A stretch of DNA of 64,000 nt from Folioceros fuciformis. Its lineage: Eukaryota. The stretch lies in NCBI GenBank assembly GCA_049999805.1, contig JBNGIO010005395.1, positions 1 to 64,000 of the forward strand. Reading direction: 5' to 3'. Each line of letters starts with the position of its first letter. Positions within the stretch are counted from its first letter, which is position 1. A model generated the notes under the pieces. That model was not told the origin of the DNA, searched no databases, and saw only the letters and a list, made by a program, of their open reading frames with translations. The translations under genes were made by a program, and so were the position numbers. Positions 13,532 through 33,668 of this stretch are shown one piece after another.

Positions 13532-15115
13532 CATCCGAGGTGGGCCATTGACGGCAGCTGGACTGGATGACATCCTCCACGGGGTTTAGGGCTACAAGCC
13601 AATCGTGTTATTCCTTGCTGCCTTGTGTGAGGACCACCTTGTTGTCGGCCTGCTTTCATGACGATCTCGATGTGCTCTGTACATAAAGTGAGGCTGTTAA
13701 CGTGATCTGACAGGTTGTGAAAGGCAGGTGCCATGAACATCATTCTCATCACAGGCTATGCGTCGTTCTCTAGACCACATAAAATACTCTCCGTCGTCTT
13801 TGCCAGAATGCTTGGAGTCCACAGGTGTCCAGCATGTGTACTTCACAGGCTTGGGAAGGGGGTTGGGGGGGGGGGCACAGACGCCGAACGTCAGTCACGC
13901 AGGTGTGTCACCCTTTGCGATAATGAGCAGACCAAACATGAATTGAGGTGAGTGCCACCTTGTTGCTGCTCACTCCTCATCGATGGTCACGTTGGTATTC
14001 TATGTGGGCATTTATCATACAGCCTTGACCGCAATCCTGGTTGTCCCCGTGCAAGTTACCCCGAGACACCTGCAACCCGGATGCCTGGCATTCACGAGCC
14101 GGCGGGAGAGGGGAAAGGGGCTGAGGCTCGTCGGTGAAGCTGAGGCGTTTCACGTGCGAACATGATCGGTTAGTCGTACAAGACGACAGTGTTGTGACCT
14201 CGGCTTCGTTGATCTACGCAGGTCCTCGCTTCCAGGGAAACCTTTTTCCTTAATCTTTGGGCAGCGAGCCAACATACACATCGATTCACGGTGGACTAGC
14301 ACCTGCGTCCAGTCCCTCCTTGAATGACCTTCACCTATATCAACAAAAGTCACCTAGATAGTTGACTGACTGTCGCGTTGATCAGAGCTTAAGCCGCCCG
14401 AGTCTGCGCCTGGGCTGGTCGAATTCGCAGCCCAAACATATGGGAGATCGCGTTCGGGAGTCCGCCTGCGATAGCCATTGCCGGGTTACGAGGAACTGAC
14501 TCCCTTCAAACACCTGCACGGTGACCTGCGACCGACATAGATTCAGGGACGGCCACCAAATAGACACTGCATGTACAAGTACATACGGTCATGTCCAATT
14601 GACCTTCACACATCGACGACTTCGCTCTCGACCAGACCAGCGCAAGGAAGCCCATTCACCACACACAGAATATGTAAGCAAGTGCGATCAGCTAACTGTG
14701 GCTGGATAACTTAAAATCATCAAACAAACATAATCCGAAAGGAGTGAAAACTGACAACGTTTCCCATGCTCTAGTCTGCCACGCCGGCGGGGTTGCTCGC
14801 CTCCAGATTTGCTGTCCTCCAAAGCGAGTTAAAAAATTTCAAGGGTGTTGCTGAAACGAACGCCTGAGCACAAGTACCGATTATCGACAACAGTTCACAA
14901 CCACGTCTTCCACAACAAGCGTCAAACAGTAACACGGACTTACACAGGCACAGATACATAACGCAATGTAAACCGGAGGTCCAGCTGCTGCAGATGCGGT
15001 GTTCGCAAACCCGACAGTCACCACCACCTGCGCAACGCACGGTTGGAAGTGGCAGTTGCATCGCAACGCCAGTTTTTCAGAGCAAGTTACGAAAGTTAAG
15101 TGACTTACTGTACCA

Positions 15116-20474
<5,359 letters not shown>

Positions 20475-20750
20475 CTTTAACCCACGTCCACGTTCAAGGA
20501 AAACGACGGGCTTCGAGCTGTGTGGAGGACAAGTTGAGCAGATTACATCTGATACTGCCAATGTCTCATCGCTTTCCCAGCAACTCGAAGCGCAAGGGTG
20601 AAGGATAAAGGGTGCTGCTTCAGAACGACTTAAATCGTTCTACGCTTGGAGATGAGCCGTTTAGCCTCTGAATGGTTTGTGGGTGCCAGACTCCGTTCAA
20701 GTTGACACCGTACCTCGCGCGAATGTCCTGACCTGAACCCTGAGACAGCG

Positions 20751-21787
<1,037 letters not shown>

Positions 21788-22477
21788 TGAGCCACTTTGT
21801 CTCTTAGGTGGATTGGAACATGATCCCACCAAAGCTCTCTCGGCAGAGATCCAATGAGCAACTCCAGCCACATGTTCGGTGGTGTCAAGTATTTTGTCTT
21901 GCGTGACATGTTGGTGCACTGACTGGACCCTGGCATCCGGTAGGACTCACTGGAATATTGTATCGTTCCACATTACCCATGGTGGGTGTTCGAGTATGAA
22001 CCTACTTCCATTCACATTCGCACATGTGCAAGGGAAGAACCTGCACAGCGACAGACGGACCCATCCGCAGGTCTCTAAACGTGCTGTGGAGCAGGGTACC
22101 GTAAACTACTGTTCTGGGTAAGCTCGTCTGGAAGCTTCTTCTGGCTGAAACAAAGTAAGAAGGCAGCTTGGTCAGCACGAAAGACTAGAAAAACATGTTA
22201 AAGACGTAAAGAGATGCCAATTCCCAGTAATAGGGTTAGTGTAAGTAGCGGACCGGGGAAACTCTAATCGATCAATCGTGAAGTAACGTCCGTTCATTTC
22301 CCGCTAGTTGACGAGGCGTCTGCAGCATTGACTGGATGAAGGATTTGGCATCTGGAACAGACGAGGCGGTCCAACGACATTAACTGTCACTAGTCCCAGG
22401 GACCGCGACAGCAGCAACATGCATTTGCAGCCGCAGGCGTTGATGGCTAAGTAGCGAGGCCGGAGCAGCAGGCCGCG

Positions 22478-24030
22478 ATGGATCCCAGGAACCAGTACAG
22501 GCCCGGAGGGGGGCCGGGCCCGGGAGGGCGCAAACAGGAATCGTATGTGCAACTGGACCTGGATCACGATGTGCAGGGGCAGCGGTCCTCGGGCCGGGAC
22601 ATGGATGGATACGGAGCTGAGAGCTCCAGGGGGGGAGCCTCGCCTCCGCACTACGATCAGATTCAGCAGCAGGGTGGCATACAGTCTCCGGCTGCGCTGC
22701 AGAACATCCTTGAGGGCACCGTCAGGATGGTGTCCATGCTCAACTTCATGAAGGTACAGGTCGAGTGGAGGCGGCGGCAGGAGGAGGAGGAAGCTCGGAA
22801 GGAGGAGCAGGGATTTCCTGACAAGCTTGGCTATGGCAGGTGGAGTTAGGGGAGACGCAGGACCTCAAGAACAAGGAGCAGATGAGGGCAGCAGGCGCCG
22901 AGTGCCTGGGGACATTGCTGTTCGTCTACCTCGGCTGCGGCTCAGTTGTCGCCTCAGGCAGGTGACATAGATCTGGGAGCGGCATGGTAGCAATGGCAAT
23001 GGCCACATGGGCCACTATGCGTGGCGCCAGGGTTTCATTGCTTGCTTGCATAGTGGATGCGTTTGTCTGCGCAGGGATGCTGGCGGCGGGGATGACTCCG
23101 GCCAGGCTGCTGGTGATTGCGCTTGCGCACGGCTTGGCCATCGCGTTTCTGGCGGGGGCGACGGGGGCCATCTCCGGGGGCCATCTCAACCCGGCCGTGA
23201 CTGTGGCGTTTGTGGTGGCCGGGAAGGAAACCCTGGTGAGGGCCGGGATGTACATCGGAGCGCAGCTGTTCGGAGCGATTATAGGCGCGTTCCTGCTCAA
23301 ATGCTCCACGCCTGACTACTGGGAAGGGTCGCTGGGATCGCACGACCTGGCCAATGGGATCTACGGGTCGCAAGGGTTCCTCATGGAGGTCCTGCTCACC
23401 TTCGTGCTCGTGTTTGTCATCTTCGGGGTTGCTGTGGATCGGCGGGGACCAGGTTAGGCTATAATTCACTCTTAGACTGGTTTGATTGAGCAAGCAGAAT
23501 CCTACCTGCTGCAATTGATGTGAGCTTCGGCTCACGGGCCATGGATGCGTGACAATGTGTGCCCGATCTAGGCAATCTCAATGAAAAGTTGGCTTGCAGG
23601 TGTGATTGCACCTATTCCTATCGGCTTTGCTGTTGTGGTGGACCATTTGGTTGGAGTGCCTTACACCGGGGCCTCCATGAATCCCGCCAGGAGTTTTGGT
23701 CCGGCTTTCGTGTCTGGCCAGTATGGTGCCGCCCACTGGATCTACTGGTTTGGGCCCTGTCTGGGTGCTGCATTTGCCTCCGCAACTTACAGGTGAAGTG
23801 TTTTGCTTTTATGCTTTTCCTGCTTTGCTGCACATGGCATTGCACACAGGTTTTGCAAACATCCGGCTTTGAGTTGGTACGTAGTTCCTGACCAGGGAAT
23901 CCTCACCTGCATGCATGTGTCTTCCTTCAGATACGCCTTTCTGGAACCCGCTCTGGCTGAGGCTGAGGTTAGGGAGGCTGCTCTGGCGGCATCGAATTCT
24001 TCCCGACCTTCTCGGTCCTCGAGGTCTTGA
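22478..24030 (+). CDS. Aquaporin, hybrid intrinsic protein (HIP) type, 5 exons
   Basis: Exons 22478-22753, 22840-22957, 23075-23452, 23600-23792, 23931-24030; NPA boxes GGHLNPAVT and GASMNPARSFG; ar/R residues H (ALAHG), H (VVDHL), A, R. Confidence 0.88.
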
Positions 24031-24039
24031 CATGCGGGG

Positions 24040-24332
24040 CAGGAGGCACTATCTAACCTCCTCTTCACCCTCTTCGTCATCAGAGGACCGATGCCGCCTG
24101 CGTTCATCCTGATTTCGATGCCGTTCTCAGCAGATAATCCAGCACGTCGTCAGCTCCTCTCCTCACCCAATGCCAAGAATTTCAAGAGACCTTGGGGTGG
24201 GGACCCAAGAAGAATCAACACTCGAAGAGCACAGGAGCTGCGAACGTACTGACCTCATCGGTCCTCATCAGCCCCAGCCTGTCTTGGCATCCCTCCCCTT
24301 CCGAAACTGCCTTCGCCTCTGATGCACGTCCA
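24040..24332 (-). pseudogene. Degraded copy of the first two coding exons of the DEAH helicase gene
   Basis: atctaacctcctctt...gatgccgcct.cgtt.atcct and gtcagctcctctcctc match ~20215-20345; cgaaactgcctt...cacgtcca matches ~20450-20490. Confidence 0.75.
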
Positions 24333-24584
24333 GGTTGGATTGGGGTGATAGAACAATTGGGTTTCCACACAACGTTGAACCAAGTTTAAGAAGCGTAGAG
24401 GTAGTTGCTGTTTCCCAGACGCTTGAGTCCGCGGGAATATCGTATGAGCTAGGGCCCGTAGATGAAGGTCCTAGACAATCAATCTGGGCAGCAGGGTTGA
24501 AGATGGCCCTGTGAATTTCTATGACATTAGAGCATTTGCCTGGCAACTCGATGAAACGCCTCGTCCTGGACCGGCAGCCCGGAG

Positions 24585-25170
24585 AAATGGAGTAGCCCGT
24601 GAGCAGAAGTGGATTCCGCACAGTTCAGCGTCGGCTTCGCGAAACGAAAAAGCCCTTGCACGATGGGAAGGATTACCAGGGTAGGGGCTTGCTGTCAGAT
24701 GTTAGATCTGGGATTGTTCGACAGATGCGTGATATAGTTGAAGGCGGGGAAGTAGTTGGATATGGCAGCAGTGATACTAATTAGTCCAGAATCACTGAAT
24801 TTCTCGACAGAACGAGCGAACCTTCCCTGACTCAGCTGCTCGTCGGCAAGGTGGGGTAACCTAACAGCTCAAATCATGCTCTTGTAAGGCATTGCCAAAA
24901 AAGGACACGAGGAGACGGAGACCAGCGACATGGCGAACCGGCAACGGCAGGCCCGAGACTCTGAGCAACAGCCCGAGGAGAACTTTGTGAGCTGTGATTC
25001 TTGTATGCCAAGTGGAGCCTTGCATCGTGTGCGCTGCAGCACTATCCTTCCTTGGCATGCTTTGCTCTTGCATCCAAAGGGACTGACCCTGGACCTGGTC
25101 CAGAGTGAGAGCCTCGCGGGTGAGGAAAGCACAGACACAGACTGACTGACATGACCAGACCTTCGTGCAG
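24585..25170 (+). pseudogene. Degraded TAD2/ADAT2 duplicate
   Basis: gaagtggattc, aagcccttgca, gaagxcggggaagtxgtxggatatggcagca and gtggagccttgcatxxtgtgcgctgcagcact match 20785-21356; stops and frameshifts present; 3' exons missing. Confidence 0.85.
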
Positions 25171-25427
25171 CTACAAGGAAGGTCTGACAGACTGACAGGT
25201 TTGGCTGGCAATCTAATAAGTTCTTAGTTTCAAAACAAGAACAGCTCTAAAACAATGTAAAACATTAGGTCTCCATCAAGAAATTCATAACTATAAATTG
25301 ACTCAATCCTAAAACTACTATGACTTTCAGCCAGATAGTCTGGGTTCGGATCCTAAATATGCACTAGAACTGTTATGCAAAACCATTTTGAATATTTATT
25401 TACTTCACATTATTATACTTGAAAAAA

Positions 25428-27102
25428 TTAATACTTATAGTCCTTCACATGTAGAGATTCTGAAGCTGCACCTCCAGCTGTAGGATCCGGAACATATTTG
25501 CCCAACGCAGCTTCAGAATTAGCCTTACATCTAGCTAACAAGGCCTTCTGGGCATCATATATGTTGTCCTTCTTCCCACCCCATGCTTTCAGAGTGCTTT
25601 GCTGCAAAGCTCTTCCATACGAAAAGGTTAAGGTCCAAGGTTTGACGCCATTATATTTGTTGATGGCATTTAAATTGATGGTGGCTTCTTCCTCACTCTG
25701 ACCTCCAGAGAGGAAGACAATCCCGGGGACAGCTGGAGGCACGGTTCTCTGAAGAGCAGTCACTGTGCATTTTGCAATCACATCAGGATGGACCTTCTTA
25801 GCCTCCGAGCCCGGGGTGACCATGTTAGGTTTCAAAAGGGTTCCCTCTAAAAGCACATGCTGCTCATTCAACGCCTTGTAGCAAGCAGCCAACACCCTTT
25901 CAGTAACCTCCTGACATTTTGCAATATCATGAGATCCATCAACCAAAATTTCAGGCTCCACAATTGGAACCAGGCCGTTCTCCTGGCAGATGATGGCATA
26001 TCTAGCCAGACCCTGCGCGTTCTGCTGTATGGCAAGCTCCGACGGCTCGTTAGGGCCGATTTTCAAGACCGCTCTCCATTTTGCAAATCTTGCACCGGCT
26101 TGGTAGTAGGTTGCGCAACGTTCTGCGAGACCGTCTAATCCTTGAGTGGTTGTCTCTCCATTGGTCCCTGCTAGCTCGACTGTGCCTTTATCCACCTTGA
26201 TCCCAGGGATCACTCCACCTTCTTCCATCACTTTGACGAACAGCTTTCCTGTGGAGGTTTTCTGATACAGAGTTTCCTCATACAAAATTATACCACTCAG
26301 ATAGGGCAAAACCCCGGGTGCTGTAAATAATAATTCTCGATACGCTTGTCTGTTAGCTTCAATGTTTTCAACATTTATAGCTGCAAATCGCTTGCCAATA
26401 GTCCCCGTGCTTTCATCCGCTGCAAGAATGCCCTTACCTGGTGTTGCTATATACTTGGCATTTTTTATCAGCTCCTCTGTAAATTTTAAAAATGTGGTGT
26501 TAGTACAAAATCATCACATTTCCACAAAGGGAGGTCAAATGATAATCACATAACCATGATAATTTTTTTCTTTTATTTTTTTCTTGCCTAAGAGGTCCTT
26601 AAGGAGCTTGCTTTTCACCTATTATAGAGATGAAGAGCTTTTCGTGTTTGATTGGAAACGAAATCTTGTTACAAATGTGATCAAGGAAGGGATTAGGGAG
26701 AGCCAAGTATTGCATTTGGTAAGTTGGGTTGAGTCAAAGTCCGAGTCTCACCACACTTAGCACAATTGCAGGCCATTGGAAATCTCACTCTCAAAACTCA
26801 CTCAAGGAATCCTTACCACTTATTTTGGATATTAAAGTGTTTACTTAACTAGGGAGGGAGATACACTTTCCTATTTTCAATGATCTCAAAATCAAGAAAC
26901 TGTAGATAAGCGATCTGGTTAGCATACGTGTTAGAAAAGAAAATGAATTGAACAAGATGATGATTTGAAATCAAAGAAGATGAACAAAACAGGTTGATAT
27001 GTGTGCTTTCAATTAACTTGAATTGAATTGCTTTAAGTTTGTGCCCTCCAATCTAGTTGAGAAAACCCTGTGATTCAACCTTTATATTTATGATACTGAA
27101 TA

Positions 27103-27137
<35 letters not shown>

Positions 27138-27230
27138 ACCTTTGTCCTCAAAGTATGATAGATAAATACTAAAAGACTGTATTTATGATGCAAGATACGT
27201 ACCTGTGTACTTGTTGGTGAAAGCAGACAT
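25428..27230 (-). CDS. FBA: Fructose-bisphosphate aldolase class I, cytosolic type; exons 27230-27203 and 26476-25428
   Basis: [69 protein letters not shown]-terminal KDYKY; no transit peptide. Confidence 0.96.
27106..27133. repeat. (TA)n microsatellite in the aldolase intron
   Basis: Directly visible. Confidence 0.9.
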
Positions 27231-28059
27231 CTTTTCGAAAATAAAAGGCTTCAAGAAGGCTTACTCTTCTCTTGTGAAGCCTGCAACAAGAATATTTCAA
27301 ACAAAATAACTCAAGCTGTGATCTTTTCAAAAAAAGAAAAGAAAAAAAAAGGGACCAAATGAATAACAAAGGTAATAGTGGAAGGAGCACACCGGGAAAC
27401 TCCAACGGATCAAGTTAGAAGAAGACAGAGTTCTCAAAGCCCTTGTAAAGTCCTGAAAAGAATTATCCCTAAATTGAAGGACCGTGAACAGGAATGGCAA
27501 TCGACGCGACCTTTAATCTCGCGCTTTAATTGCAGACTTCAATACCAGGCTTTATTTTATACTGATATATTTCAATCGATTTCTTATCAGATATTTGTGT
27601 GCGATATTGGTGTATAAAGTGTCATCACAAAGACGCAGCCTGTGCCAGGCTTGCACAGAGGAGGGAAAACGAGGCGGAATCCTGGTTGGGGACTCTGGAA
27701 GCGGGACAAGATTTCTGGCATGGAACTTTCTTTATTCCTTTGGGGCAGAAGCGATACACCTTACGGTGTACAAAACTTTGCCACAGAAAGAATGACGAGA
27801 CTCCTCGAATGTCAATCTCATGCGTCCGTATGTTACAGCATTGTACAGGCTGCACATCTAGCTACTTGCACGCAAATGCGGTCAAGCAGCCTCATTCCGC
27901 TTCACTCATTCGGCGAGGGGCCCACGAGCTAGACGCAACCTCACTCAGACAGCATCAGACAGCACCTCCTCAAAAAAGGCCCCAGAAAATCTAGCTACGA
28001 AGATGTCATCAAACAAGCCTGTCCTTCACCCTTTCCACGCTGATGCATTACCACAAGAC

Positions 28060-31000
28060 TCAACGCAATTTGGCTGACCTCGTTGCTTCCGATGTGTCAA
28101 GTTTTACCAGTTTCACATTCTGGTATACACGTCTCAGCTCCTTCATCGCCTCTTCCTCAATCTGAATGCACCGCAAGGATGAGGGACTCTCCTCATCCGG
28201 CTTATACCATCTACTCGGGTTCTCCATGGAAGTTCCTGGGGAATGGTCTGTACTCACGACAGATCCGCTACTTCCAACATGTGTGGATCCAAAAGGACTG
28301 ATCGACTGAGGACTACCCCAGGGATTGTTGCTCCGCTGGATCCCTTTACCTTTCCGCTGAACAATAAACAAATCCGTCAAAGACTGAACGGACAGTGACG
28401 TAAATTCCAGAGACACTCAAACATGCAAATAGCACACATCACCTGCTCCAGCTGGATGTCACGTAAAGATCGCACTGACTGCCCAGGAGAAGCACCTGAC
28501 CATGGCGGAGTACTTGACTCCGCAAGGCTCTTCGGAGTTGCCGGAGAAGTAACCACAGCGATAGGTTCAGATGCACGGACAAATGGAGTCCATTGCACCC
28601 TCTTGCTCCCACTCTTCAACTCTTCGTGCAGGTTGTCGCTACTCCCAATGCGGTTTAGGCCCCCACTCTTGACTCCCTTGACAGGTTGTGAATATTTTGG
28701 CGTTATGGGGCTCTGCATCCCTGCTTCTACTGCCAGCTCTGCTGTCTGACTCGTCTGTATTTCTAGCAGTGAATCTGATACCTTGGCAGCTTTGGCTCCT
28801 CCCCAGGCAGGACAATCGGCTCGTACAACTATCCGTTTCGGAGGAGCTTCCAATGCACCACTCAAAAACATGGACAGTCCTCCTTTTTTCGTTTTCTTCT
28901 TTGTAGCTGCTAATCCAGGAACAGCTTTGGGAAGGTGATGTGTAAACTCAGGTGAAAAATCTGAAAGTCAACACACCAAGGAATTGCAATGAGTTGATGA
29001 ATAAGTAGACATGGTCACACGCAACTTGCACACAGGTCCTTGCCTAGAGCGTTTGTGCTTCTCTGGTTATCGAAGGTAAGAAATCCACGACGTGTATCCT
29101 GAGATGCTGATTGCAACCTTGTTTTGGCCTCACACCAGTTATCCGATAGTAGAAGGTCCTACGTCCGGGCAACGAGAGGGTAAGCAGAATTCAGGCTTGT
29201 CAAACAAGACCGTAGAGTGCAAGAATCAGAACCACCTCACACTCACCTCAGTACTCACGGATGGTATTTCAGGTTGTGCCACCGATGTCACTGGCGTGAT
29301 TACATCTTCTTCACGTTTTGAAGGTGGTGTCAACTTCTTCGCCTTCTTTTTGCTTGCTTTTCGATGTGACTGAGAAGCATGTGTCTTCTGCTTAATGGCA
29401 TGCTCCGCAGGCTCGATTTCCCCAGTTTCCTTCTGTTTCTGAATCGGCCTGGGGAGGATACCTGACTCCAGAGAAGCAAGAGCTTCCTCCAAATGCTGCT
29501 TTGTTTGAAGCTTGGCATACTGCTGACTATCAAGTGCCTGACCCTTGGAAAGTTTCAGTTCAAGTCCTTCGATCTGCTGCAATTTCTTCCGCACGGCTCT
29601 CATCTGTTTCTGAATATCCTCATCTGCAACATTCGCCAAGTGGTTGACCTCCTCACTGATTCTCAAATCTTCTGCTGAAAGCCCAGAAGTGCTGTGAGGA
29701 AGCATTCCTCGCACTCGAGCACTTATATCACAGCTTTCCTCTTCACTATCAATAACAGCTGGAAGAGTAGCAGTATGTGTCGGTAGTCGACGATGACTCC
29801 AGGGCTGCAGGGAACTGGCATCCAATGATTTCTCGAGTTCAGCCAGCAGTGCTGGTCTCAATTGACCGAACACAGACGCTGACATGGTGAGAACGTAACT
29901 GAGATTGTGTAGTAACATATCCTGGTCCACAAGAAAACACACAGCTCAAACCAACATCTGAGCCTGCTATTGTGGAAGAGCCTTGGAGTCCTATCCAGAA
30001 AGGGTAACCTCTGCATGCAGATCATGATGCATACCTCACAAAAGCTCCGCAGCTTCTCTGCTTCAAGCGCCTCAGCAATTTCGAAGACATGCAATGCGTT
30101 CTTTGGTTCAACTATAGACTCGATGATAACTTCTTGGCACAATTCCTTAAGGCTAGGCACGACTGAAGCCACCTTTTTCACCGGAGACTCTGGCAAGAAC
30201 TCAAACTCTTCGGAGACTTCTGTATCCTCACCACTTTCTTCACCTGCTTGATGGACGCTCTTGACTTCAAGCGTCGGCTCAGGCGGATAAACAGGGACAA
30301 ACAATGATGCTACGACGAGTGAATGATTTTCACCCACTGACAAGGTTGTGGCATGCTTGATTCCATGCACACGCATTGGCGCAGGTGGACTTTCCCCTTT
30401 ACTGTCCTCTCCATCCCAGATGAAAACGCTGCCATCCCCAGTAACCACAGACGTCCTGTACTTGCCAGCTGCAATTGCAACAGCTTGATGTCCAGACATA
30501 GCGAACAGCTGCCACATCAGCATAGGAATATTAGCTTCAAGACAAACCACAGGACTCCTCGACCACTAGTACCTTTCGAATAGTTCAAGTAACTTGCGTA
30601 CCTGATGACTTTTGAGATTTTGATCTCCCGAAGACCAATAGAAAACTGTGCCATCTTCAGATATAGCTGATGTATGCGTCGTTCCTGCTGCTATGGAAAC
30701 TACATGCAGTCGCTCTACACGATGAAACTTCAGAGGTATAAGACCACTTTTCTTAGTGTTGCGGGTGATTTGTACGCGCCTGGGTGTAACCATCTTGTAG
30801 CCCCATGTGTACACCTACACAAGATTCTGCATCTCAGTTTGACTTGGTGGGTGCCATACTACTAACAAGCTCACCAGAAAAAGTAAAGTAACACTTACTT
30901 CCCCTTCACTTCCAAGAACAACAGTATGATACTTCGAAGCAGAAATGGACGTCATCGTTTTCCCCTTCAAATAGTCCACACATCGAGGGGCACAATTATA

Positions 31001-32466
31001 GGAAGAATTTGACGTCCCATATCCTAATTGCCCTTCAGTGTTGCAGCCCCAAGTCCACACCTCCCCGGTTTCGGTCACAACTGCACTATGCTTGTTAGCG
31101 GCGGCCACTTTCACCACCCTCGCTTTCAGTGTGCTGACTCGTCGAGGCGTTGGCTGTGTGTCCACAGCAGGATAGCCAAGTTGACCCTCTGCAACCAAGG
31201 AGAAGTGAGCGTTAGCAAGCAAGAACAGGACAACGTAGTGAACCGGAAGAAACAACCATCACATTAAAGCTACACCTCGGTTCGATCCCCAAGTATAGAC
31301 TTCCCCGTTGTCGGTAGCTACGATCGTATGATGCTTCGCTGCAGCTATGGCAGTAACGCAGCGCGCACCCAGCCCACTGATTACGTGCTGAGGAGTGATG
31401 ACCGCCATTTGCCCACTTCACACACACAACCTTCAAAATGTCAGCAAAACGGTAGAGACGGTACGAAATCTGGCGTGATGTCCTTGTCACAGTTTGTGTT
31501 CTCTTCCCTTAAAACCCACGGTTGAGTGGTACCTGTGGATGTCAAAATCCGGGTGCCCCAACCGACCACCTCTCCCAAAGCCCCAGGAATAAACGTCTCC
31601 ACTGGCAGTGAGAGCAACAGAGTGGAATTTGGCCGCCGCCACAGACTTCACATCTAGTCCTCCTAACGTATCCACTTTGAACGGCTTTCTCTGAATCCCA
31701 GACGTGCCCGTCCCAAGCTGATAATTGAATCCATTCCCCCAACTGTACACTTCAGTGGCACTCTCTGAAGCAGCAGCACAGGCGTTGATGGTTAAGCACA
31801 AGACCACCAGCGACCACAAACACAGATTCCCAACCACCACTAATTCTATGGATGTAAAGGAAGAAAGGGTAAGGTCAATCATCCCATACCTCCACCCTTG
31901 GATCCTTTAATACTCTGCTGAACAGGACCTGAAACCATGTCCACGGGGACCCGCCCCTTAGTATCCTCTACAGTAAAAGAAGCTCCAGCTTCGATCAAGA
32001 CTCCCGACACAGCCAGGTGTCCAAAGTGGAAAGCCCTGTGCAGGCTTGTCCAACCAGATTCTCCATCCTGAGATGAGAAGATGCGGGAAATCTCGAAGTC
32101 AGCGAAGAGATCGGAGACATGCAAGGCTATCCACCTTCGGCCAAAATTGCTACAGAGAGACAAACAGGATGAAAGAGCCTCTGGCTCGAGAGGCAATCAG
32201 CGCACCCTGGCATCTGGATTGGCGCCGGCAGCAAGTAACCTTTTAACAATAGGGACGTGGTTCCTCCACACTGCAATATGAAGCGCGGTGGAACCGAAAG
32301 AATTTCTCGCATCAACACTGCCATTCATCCTCTTCAATGCTGCCAGAGCCACCTCCACATCGTGGACTGAGCCATCTCTGGCAGCTGCCAGGAGCTCCTT
32401 GGACGGGGTTCGGCTCCTGGAACTCCCATGCTTGGACGGCGTACCAACAACAGCTGAGGTCTCCAT
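28060..32466 (-). CDS. Ankyrin-repeat plus RCC1-repeat protein (IBTK-like, At3g03790-like), multi-exon
   Basis: ANK motifs GSTALHIAVWRNH and GESGWTSLHRAFHFGH; RCC1 blades VYSWGNGFNYQLG, VYSWGFGRGGRLGH, WTWGCNTEGQLGY; LSMFLSGAL, SLRDIQ, LRCIQIEEEAMKELRRVY. Start at 32466 is inferred. Confidence 0.9.
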
Positions 32467-33668
32467 TTCCAATGCAAAGCCTGAGCTCACTACTGGCGCA
32501 GCTCAGATCACGAAACCCCACCCTGAACCCAACCGACACAAACCCGAGCTCTCCCTGAGCTGCGCTGCTGCCGTCACCTCACCCCGATCTCGTCAGCTCA
32601 CAATCCCGTGTTACGCCGATGCACTACCACATCCGTCTTCATCCACCTCTCCGCCCAAGTAACAAGTCAGCACCAGCAGCCACTGGCACGACCCCATGAA
32701 CCTCCCCGGACACACTACATTCCCCAAAAAGGAGCAGCTACTGCGACTCCACGGAATTAACAGGAGCATTAGCTCAATCTTTCAAGTCTCCCACACCAAT
32801 TTCGGTCTGGGCAACATCGCACGCTGGACGCAGGCCACGATTCTGCATCCCCCCGGCACACCCCACACCACGGCCGAACGAGCGTCAGAACCCTAGACTC
32901 CGGCAACCGAACTCGACCCAAACACGCACACGCAGCGCGTGACCCCGCTCCACCTTGCAGATCCAAAAATCCACTCCACCAGCTCCACCACGGACCCCGC
33001 AGCCGGCACCGTGACTCCCGATTCGCGATCAAGAACAGCACAGGAAGCAAAGCCGGCGCTTCCAGCTCCGAGTCGCACCGGCAGAGATGGACGCTGATTC
33101 CCGTGCGGGGCAAGACTGCGAAAGGGAGAGGAACGTGGGGAAAGGGCCTTTCCTTATCTAGAGGCAATCAGAGTGCTAAAGGCAAGCACCTCGGCACCTT
33201 GCCAAAGGAATATCACTCCAAGACCGCACCTTCCTACTGCCACAGTCGCATATTACTTCTACATACTACTGTCCTGTCCGTCCACGACCACGTGGCCTCT
33301 CTTGCTCTTCAACTGACTTGGCTTCGTCACGTCATTGCCTCATTGCCTCTCCTCCACACGACACGTTCCTACCTGCCGTTTTTTGCACTCAAAAACCACG
33401 AACTTCTTCCATCTCCTCCCACAGTTTTTCTCTTTCCGCGTTTGCATTTTTTTTAATTATGATATTTTAAACACAGCCGAATCCACTCACCCACGCATGG
33501 CAAACACCATACCCAAAAGCCACCAAGAAAAACAAAATAATTCAAAAATTAAAGTAGTCTACCAAAGTATCTCCAACAACCAACTATTATGCAACATTTA
33601 ACCAAATATCATCCTGTTAACTTGAGTAAAGATTAATTTTTATACAAACAAGAAATCTAAAATTCAAA

